Assembly (NCBI GenBank): GCA_963676915.2
Contig: CAXXVK010000031.1
Coordinates: 28,646-92,645, forward strand
DNA length: 64,000 nt
Direction of reading: 5' to 3'
Source of the DNA: Myxococcota bacterium
GTDB taxonomy: Bacteria; Myxococcota_A; SURF-8; G963663525
Part shown: positions 56,755 through 64,000 of the stretch, in pieces
How positions within the stretch are numbered: the stretch's first letter is position 1
Layout of the letters: each line of letters starts with the position of its first letter
Program-made: the position numbers and the translations under genes
The notes under the pieces: generated by a model
What the model saw: the letters and a program-made list of their open reading frames with translations, nothing else
The model's database searches: none
Told to the model about the DNA's origin: nothing

Positions 56755-59514
56755 ATGACCACTCGAAACCGCTGCTTTTCGCTCGTCAACCTGTCCTTGA
56801 GTTTTGGACTTTTGGTCCTTCTGCTGATGCTTCCGGCTTGTGGGGGAGATTCGGGGACAAATAAGGACGGTGATACCGACGTGGCGGCGGATGTCGATCT
56901 GCCGGGTGGTGGGGATTACGATATCAACGTAGCCGACCGGGATCTTGAAGACGAGACCGGAGACACCGAAGACGAAACGGTAGAAAGCGACGAAGAAGAG
57001 GGGGACGTTGAGGAAAAAGAAGTCGAACTGCCCGAAGGTCTTTGCAACGCCAAAGACGCCTGTCCCGAGGGAGAATACTGCTATTGGAAAGAAAACTACT
57101 GCAAAGAAGCCTGCGACCCGGAAAACCCGACTTGTTCCAAAAATGGCGAAACCTGCATGTTGTTGACCGACGATTGGTACGGCGGAGAAGGCAAGGGGAT
57201 CTGCGTACCGATGGATTACAGTGGCAAAAAGGAAGCTTATGCCTGCAACAATGCGACTCCCTGCCAGACCCATTTGCTTTGTCTCGATAGCAGTTGCCAC
57301 AAAATCTGCGATCCTGACGGTATCGGTGTAGCTTGTGGGACGGGACAATCCTGTCAACTGAACAGTGAATTAGGTGTAGGAGTTTGCGGGTTCTGCTCGA
57401 CGGAAGACGACAATTGCCCGGCTGGATACGAATGCCAAGGCGGTGTCTGCGTGGAATCCCCTAATTGCGATGAGGAAGAGGACTGTGTGGAGGGCAAGCA
57501 CTGCGATCTGATCGAAGGAACCTGCGGATTGATTTGCAATCCCCTTGCATCACAATGTCCGAGTCAATTGATTTGTTCTCCGCTGGTGGATGAGGCTTTC
57601 GCTACCTTGGGTGAAGGTGTTTGCACGGTGGCATCGGACGGAGGAGCCTTTGGAGCGTCCTGCGACGCCGATCACCCCTGTCAGCGCACCTTGCTTTGTC
57701 TCGATGGCGTTTGCCTGTCACCCTGCGATGCCGAAGCGGACCCGACAGGTTGTCCCGATGGCATTTTGTGCATGGAAGACGATGCATTTGCTTACGATAT
57801 TTGCAAGTACTGCGATCCCGAGGCCGATCCTTCCAATTGCCCCGATGGCACGACCTGTTTGGGTGGATACTGCCTGGAGAGGGTTTCTTGTGACGGAGGG
57901 TGCCCGGATGGTTCAACCTGCTATCCTCCATACGATACTTGCCGACCCGATTGCGATCCGCTTTCCCCGGATGTGGAAGCAGGGTTCGTATGTGGCGTGA
58001 TCGCCGAGGGCGACGATGCCGGAAAAGGTGTCGAGGTGGTGGCACAACCCGATGCAGCCGCCGAAGGCGAAGCCTGCGGTCCGCAAACACCCTGTCAGCC
58101 GCAATTGCTTTGCTTCGGAAACATCTGTCGTCCGGTCTGCGATACGCAAGCTCAGGAAACGACCTGCGAAAACGGCCTGACCTGCGGTTTGCACGATGAT
58201 ATTCCCATCGGAATCTGTCGCCCGTGTGGAGAATCGGCGGCTTGTCCTGCGGGAAGTTATTGTGACGATGGTGTTTGCCTGGATGGCTGGGTTTGCGAAA
58301 CCCGCCAGGATTGCCCGGAAACCACGGATATCTGCCTGAACGGTTTTTGCGAGGAAGGGTGCCACGACGGGAATCCCTGTCCGACCGGTGGTGTGTGCGA
58401 GTCTGACGGGCGATGCTCGTACAATAACTGCTCCTGTTCCGGTGATGAATGTTGCAACGTGGGAGAATGCGGGCTGTGTTGCGAAAACAACTGTCCACCT
58501 GGTTACAAATGCCAGTATGGTGCGGCCTGTGCTCCGGCGGCTCATTGTTGCTTGCCATTCGACGACTGCCGCGACCATGACGACGATTGGTGTCCCGCCG
58601 GTATGGTTTGTGGTGAAAACGACGGTTTGTGCTTCGAGTCCTGCCCGACCTCTTGCCCATTTGGACAATACTGCGACGATACTACGGACTTTCGGTGCTA
58701 TCCCTATCCGCCTGAAACCTGCCAGTTGCTTACCGATCCTTGCGATACCCCATGTCTAACCTGCCAATGGGATTTCATGAATGGTGCGTGGTGCATGATC
58801 GACACCAACACGGCGGGTTGTACGCCAAGTTGTCTTGGACAAGGCGTGATGTGGGATCTCAACGGGTTATTTAGCTGTTGTGAAGGATTGACGAAATGCA
58901 CCGACCGTACCACGGGACGCGACGTTTGCTGTCTAGCCGACAATTGCACCTACAACGGGTGTCAAATCGATGTCGATGGCGACGTGGACGATGAAATCAT
59001 CTGTGACTGCGCAGAAGCGACCGGTCTGTTCTGTGCGAACGATGATGCTTTACAAGCCTGCGAAATCACGATGGAAACTCTGTACGTCGAGTGGGAAATC
59101 GAAAGCGAGTGCCAACTGAAAATTTACAACGGCGATCCCGCCGAGAGCGGAGTGTGGCTGGCCGACAAACAGGGCTGCGATTCCGAACCGATCGTCTTTT
59201 TGACGCCGGGGTCGGCTACCTACACGGAATGCGTCTTGTTCTGGGACGAAATCGACGAGCAATACCGTGTCAATTGCACGCAGGCCGGAACCGGTCGAGA
59301 AGCCGGATGCAGCGTGGAATATCGACGTGAAACCTGCTATCAGGCCGATGGAGACGAAGAAGCGGATAGCGTCGAGTGGGAAGCCGAATTGGAAGATGAA
59401 CTCGAGGCGGAGCTATCGGAAGAAGAAACCATAGAATCGGACCTCATTGAAAGTGAAACCGAGCTTTCGGAAGATGAAATCGACGTTTCTGAAGAGGAAA
59501 CCGATGCCATGTAA
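56755..59514 (+). CDS. Large Cys-rich repeat lipoprotein with acidic N-tether and acidic C-tail (~919 aa)
   Basis: SD AGGAGG; lipobox LPAC; three ~140-aa Cys repeats; Glu-rich C-terminus. Confidence 0.85.
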   Translation: MTTRNRCFSLVNLSLSFGLLVLLLMLPACGGDSGTNKDGDTDVAADVDLPGGGDYDINVADRDLEDETGDTEDETVESDEEEGDVEEKEVELPEGLCNAKDACPEGEYCYWKENYCKEACDPENPTCSKNGETCMLLTDDWYGGEGKGICVPMDYSGKKEAYACNNATPCQTHLLCLDSSCHKICDPDGIGVACGTGQSCQLNSELGVGVCGFCSTEDDNCPAGYECQGGVCVESPNCDEEEDCVEGKHCDLIEGTCGLICNPLASQCPSQLICSPLVDEAFATLGEGVCTVASDGGAFGASCDADHPCQRTLLCLDGVCLSPCDAEADPTGCPDGILCMEDDAFAYDICKYCDPEADPSNCPDGTTCLGGYCLERVSCDGGCPDGSTCYPPYDTCRPDCDPLSPDVEAGFVCGVIAEGDDAGKGVEVVAQPDAAAEGEACGPQTPCQPQLLCFGNICRPVCDTQAQETTCENGLTCGLHDDIPIGICRPCGESAACPAGSYCDDGVCLDGWVCETRQDCPETTDICLNGFCEEGCHDGNPCPTGGVCESDGRCSYNNCSCSGDECCNVGECGLCCENNCPPGYKCQYGAACAPAAHCCLPFDDCRDHDDDWCPAGMVCGENDGLCFESCPTSCPFGQYCDDTTDFRCYPYPPETCQLLTDPCDTPCLTCQWDFMNGAWCMIDTNTAGCTPSCLGQGVMWDLNGLFSCCEGLTKCTDRTTGRDVCCLADNCTYNGCQIDVDGDVDDEIICDCAEATGLFCANDDALQACEITMETLYVEWEIESECQLKIYNGDPAESGVWLADKQGCDSEPIVFLTPGSATYTECVLFWDEIDEQYRVNCTQAGTGREAGCSVEYRRETCYQADGDEEADSVEWEAELEDELEAELSEEETIESDLIESETELSEDEIDVSEEETDAM

Positions 59515-59720
59515 GTTACTACGCAAACATCCTGCATTTCCCCAATTTCACCGTCAATGACGTTCTTTTTACGTTAATTTTACACATCTCGCGTTTCGGC
59601 GAATTGATCGATATTGGTTCGATAAGGTAAAATAGGATTGTCCTTTCACGATTTTCACCGGGTGTTACGCGCCGGATTTCGTCACGAACTCCGGCCTTCG
59701 CTTCGAAAGACGTATTGCCT

Positions 59721-60542
59721 ATGCCGAGCCGAACCGCAGCGTTTCGATACTTGTTGGTGTTGCTTCAAGTTTTCAGTTACAAGAATATCACCAATAACCT
59801 CAAAGTCGGTGCCGGACTGGCATTGTTGGCCATAAGTTTCGTTGTTTTCGGCGTGCTGCTGGTGATTTTGCTGCCAAGTCAGGTTCTTCGAATCAAACTC
59901 TGCAATTACTATGGAAAAACGGTGGGACGGGCCATTGTCTGGTTGGTGCGATGCCGGGTGACGGTCGAAGGTAAAGAGCATCTCGATCGCCACCGTCCTG
60001 CGATCTACGTTTCCAACCATACCTCGATGATCGATATTTTCATTGCTATCTGGCTTTCGCCGGTAGGAACGGTGGGGATAGCGAAAAAAGAAGTGATCTA
60101 CTATCCGTTTTTCGGTCAACTTTACATGGTTTCAGGGCATTTGCGCATCGACCGGGGGAATTCTCCCAAAGCGATTCGTTCGTTGCAAAAGCTTTCAGAG
60201 AAAGTCCGAACCTCGAAGCTTTCCATTTTCCTCTGGCCCGAGGGCACGCGTTCGCGTAATGGGCGTTTGCAGCCGCTGAAAAAAGGATTGTACCATCTTG
60301 CCGTGCAAACTGGCTTGCCCGTAGTGCCTATGGTAGTGCTGGGCGCACACAAAAGCTGGGAAAAGCATTCGATGCACATCCATGGCGTTCCGATTCTCGT
60401 GAAAGTCCTGCCTCCCATCGATACGTCGGATTGGGGGGAACGAGATCCCGAGGATGCCCTCGCCGAGGTTCATCGGCAGTTTAAAGAAACCCTGCCGGAA
60501 GAACAAAAACCTCTCCCCGCCGAGGACCGTCCCATTCGCTGA
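59721..60542 (+). CDS. plsC: 1-acyl-sn-glycerol-3-phosphate acyltransferase
   Basis: SNHTSMID (HX4D), AKKE, IDR, WPEGTRS, KKG. Confidence 0.88.
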   Translation: MPSRTAAFRYLLVLLQVFSYKNITNNLKVGAGLALLAISFVVFGVLLVILLPSQVLRIKLCNYYGKTVGRAIVWLVRCRVTVEGKEHLDRHRPAIYVSNHTSMIDIFIAIWLSPVGTVGIAKKEVIYYPFFGQLYMVSGHLRIDRGNSPKAIRSLQKLSEKVRTSKLSIFLWPEGTRSRNGRLQPLKKGLYHLAVQTGLPVVPMVVLGAHKSWEKHSMHIHGVPILVKVLPPIDTSDWGERDPEDALAEVHRQFKETLPEEQKPLPAEDRPIR

Positions 60543-60560
60543 TGTCACATTAAGTCGTTA

Positions 60561-61244
60561 TCAATCTTCGGGCATAGGTTCGTCGAAGAAGTCGAGCTTG
60601 TCGAGTGGTAGATAGACGGACGTGGCGATGTTGATCTGGTGGCTGAGTACCCGCTTGAAATACCGGAACAGCAAAGCACAAGCCACAGCGTTGGTGCAAT
60701 CGACCTCGTCGGTGCCTTCGATCAGGCTTTTGATGTACGTCTGGCAACGCTGTTGATCTCGTTTCGACAGGTTGACGATTTCCAGCGTACGTTTCTGATC
60801 GTCCGACTGAAGCACTTCGCGGATGTTATCGAACTGCTTGAGAATATTTTTTCGAAGCTTCAGGAGCTTTTCTTTGGCGTCCGGTTTTTCTTCTTCTTTC
60901 ATGGATCGCAACACCCGAAAGACGTTTTTGCAGAAATCCCCGAGTCTTTCGGCATCTTTTACGAGACTCATGAAAGCCATGACAGAGGACAAATCGCTTG
61001 TCGCGCATTTTCCAACCACCAGATGGGTATACAGGCGGCGGCGGATCGTCGATTCCAGCTTGTTGATTTCTTCGTCTTTTTCCCAAAGGTACGTTCTTAG
61101 ATTTTCATCGGCTGGAGCGGATTCCAAAGGGGTGGTCGCTTTGAAAAACATATCGCGAGCCAATACCAACATTTCGTCGAAAGTAAATTCGACTTTTTGC
61201 AGGGTGGAGTGTTTTTCGAAAATCTTCAATATTTCTTTAATCAT
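60561..61244 (-). CDS. PhoU-domain protein
   Basis: DEEINKLESTIRR, KDAERLGDFCKN, RYFKRVLSHQINIA; SD GAGG. Confidence 0.85.
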   Translation of the reverse strand: MIKEILKIFEKHSTLQKVEFTFDEMLVLARDMFFKATTPLESAPADENLRTYLWEKDEEINKLESTIRRRLYTHLVVGKCATSDLSSVMAFMSLVKDAERLGDFCKNVFRVLRSMKEEEKPDAKEKLLKLRKNILKQFDNIREVLQSDDQKRTLEIVNLSKRDQQRCQTYIKSLIEGTDEVDCTNAVACALLFRYFKRVLSHQINIATSVYLPLDKLDFFDEPMPED

Positions 61245-61590
61245 ATCAACCTCTTTGGAAAGACGATCCGATACGCGGAGTATAGCAAGACCAAGCTGGA
61301 CTGACAACGTTATTTACCGTAATCCGTCCATGGAGAAAACACGAAATTGCTCTTTTAACACACTTTGAACGAAAAGTTGCGTAACATTTTCGAAAGATTC
61401 TCGAAAATTTCCCGTTTGGTAACGTCCTATCTACAAATCCCAGGTGGCACTGAAACGTGTGATCTGTAGGGCTGAACGTTTCACACCCCCGAAAGAAAAA
61501 CGCAAAATCGGTTCCCAAATATATGGCTGAATCCCTTAGTTGGATTCATGCCAAATCGAATTCGCTTGTCCTTGCCGAGAGGAGAAAGCC

Positions 61591-64000
61591 ATGCACGGTT
61601 GGAATTGTACACTGAAAAAAGTCGAATGGCTGACAATCGTACTGATGGTTTGGGGATTATTCTTTGTCGGGTGCTCTTTGGATTTTGGCGATTCTTCATC
61701 GGACAGTGGCGGAGATTCCGATCAATTGGATGCCGAAACTCTGGACGAGGAACCCAACGATAACGGCGATATGGACGAAAGTACAGACGATAACAACGAG
61801 ACAGCAGATATTTCCGATGACGCACTTGACGATGTAACGGAGGAAGAGGAAGAAGCCGACCCGGAAGAACAAGACCTGCGCGTCGGGAACGGCGAAAGCT
61901 GCCTTGCCGATGTCGATTGCCTGAGCGGTCATTGCCAAAACGGGTTCTGTTGCGATTCCGGCGACTGCTGCGCCGTGGCGGCGGATTGTCCCACCGGAAC
62001 CTATTCGCGAGCACCGGTTTGTGACGACCCCGCGACCTGTCAGGGACACCGGATGGACCCAGCATGTGAAAACAATATGTGCGCGGTGGGGGAGGCGGTT
62101 CCCGACGATTCCGACTGCACTCAGGAAGTAGACTCCTGTGGCTATTATCATTCCATTCGTTGCAACGGACGGGTGGATCAGGAACCTCCCGTTTGTCCCA
62201 CAAGTTGCATCTACTACGATAATGATTGCGATCCTGGTACCTATTGCGACATGACAACGAATACCTGCCAATTGTATGTGTCGTACGAATCAATGATTTT
62301 CAGGGATGTTTATTACGCAAGCGATCCACCGGTTGAACAGGCGATAAAATTCTTCAATATTGGTATAACACCGTATCAGTTTCACGTTTCGAATTCAGTG
62401 AAAACTGTACTAAATTCCGACTTACTCCCAATCAGCCTAATGAAATGCCAATCATTATAGAACCGGGCGATGAGCCTTTTGTGTATGTGGAGTATCTATT
62501 GTCACCACCTGATGAAATGAACCCTTCACAAGATACCTGCACGCTTTCGATTTATTACAATAATTTTGATGCTCCCTCACGGGTGATTTTCTTGAGGGGA
62601 GAAACCATCGCTCCGTGGATCGAGCGAGGTTTGTCCGAAGACGAAATCCTTTCGACGCGAAACGAACTTCTACAGTGGCCGGACGTACTTTTCGGTGGAG
62701 AGGAAACTGTTGAAAAGTGTTGGTTTTCAAAATCTTGGTCGGTATCCGCTTAAAATTTCCAACTTGCGTTTTGCGGCTGGATCGTCCTCGGATTTTTCCT
62801 TGTATCCGCAGCTTTTGCCACCCATTTATCCGAGGCAACAGTATGAGATGTCCATACGTTACTTGTCGTTCTTGGGTGGCGACGACCACGGAACCTTGTT
62901 GTTCGAAACCAACGATCCGAGGGAAGAGTACCGAAGCTTCGAGATACAGCTTTCTGCAAGGACTGTAGAGCCGAGAATAACAGTTGAACCCGAGGGCACG
63001 GATGGTAACCCAATACATTTGGGCGAGGTGCTTTGGCGAGATTGTTCCGATCCGAAACAGATTGTTATTTCTCGCAACGGGTCGTATGACGTGGAAATCT
63101 ATTCCGTCGAAAATCTCCAGTATTCAAGATCTACGGAATTGAATTGGATTGTTGATGAATTCAGTCCGGGAGGCGCGATCATTTTAACAGAGGAAGACGA
63201 TGAGTTTTCGTTCAACGTAACGTTTTGTCCCAATGGTCTAACGGGAACTATGTGGTTGACTCTGGGCATTTGCAGCAATGACGTTCAAGATGTCATGGCA
63301 CACCCTGGTTCGGGAGAAACCATCGGAACAAATCTTTGCCCCGAAGGCTACGGTTGCGAGAAATACTTGTTGGCGGAAAAGGGGTTAATTGCCCGACAGG
63401 AACTTTCGATCTCGACGAAGATCCCAGCGATTGTGAGTACAGATGTGTATTTACTGGATACGAATACTGCGATGGCATAGATAACGATTGCAACGGAATT
63501 GTCGATGACGGATTTTCCGTTGGTGTGTTTTATTGCGACGAACCGGAGGCCGACCCCGATGAATGCTGCGATCCGGAGGACCCGGCGATCCCGACTGCTG
63601 TGAGGGTGTCGGTGTCTGCGGTCCAGGCGTGTGGGAATGCGATCCTGACAACAGGTGGGGAGTGATATGTTCAACGTCCATCGGTGGTTCAGATACCACC
63701 TGTGGGCCAGCCCAGAACTCTGTGATGGCCTCGACAACGATTGTGACGGCGAAACGGATGAAGATTTTTATATTGGTGAGCTTTGTTTAGGCCAAGGAGT
63801 GTGTGGTACTCGGACAGTACGAATGTGATGGACTGTACTCGAAACGCTGTTCTGCCGACCCCAGAGGATCGTTATATGAAGAAATTTTGGCAGAAAATCC
63901 TGACGCTTACAAAGAAGTTTGCGATGGTGAGGACAACGATTGCGATGGCGTAGTCGATAATGGAACCTATGCTATTTCGCGAAGAACAAAATATGATTTG
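61591..64000 (+). CDS. Cys-rich lipoprotein with ASH/choice-of-anchor-D-like Ig domains and MopE-type (CDGxDNDC) repeats; about six frameshifts; runs off the window
   Basis: Lipobox FVGC; FQNLGRYPLKISNL...LLFETNDP; EYCDGIDNDCNG, ELCDGLDNDCDG, EVCDGEDNDCDG in successive frames. Confidence 0.72.

Overview
Gene-dense bacterial chromosomal window, roughly 50% GC by eye, most consistent with an uncultured deltaproteobacterial/Myxococcota-like lineage (inference from the Tgl-like TPR lipoprotein, a MYXO-CTERM-like tail, the Lgt type and many Cys-rich lipoproteins). Housekeeping genes include recJ, dapF, xth, rarA, thiC, rnpB, tRNA-Pro(TGG), tyrS, psd, truB, lgt, folE2, htpG and plsC. They are interleaved with a large set of predicted surface proteins: six Cys-rich lipoproteins, a C25 (gingipain-family) lipoprotein, an M14 carboxypeptidase with a sorting tail, and a tgl / Omp85 / barrel / SH3-CsgG-like / EGF-lipoprotein cluster. 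The best candidates for something undescribed are (i) a 1143-aa lipoprotein with about ten beta-defensin/tick-carboxypeptidase-inhibitor-like 6-Cys modules, (ii) an SH3-CsgG-like protein coupled to an EGF-type lipoprotein, a possible export/display cassette, and (iii) a shared acidic (D/G)GDxD tether on the putative surface proteins. No CRISPR array, integrase, transposase, prophage or rRNA was seen. About nine single-base frameshifts (three isolated, six in the last 1.7 kb) look like assembly indels. All family assignments come from motif recognition by eye; no searches were run.
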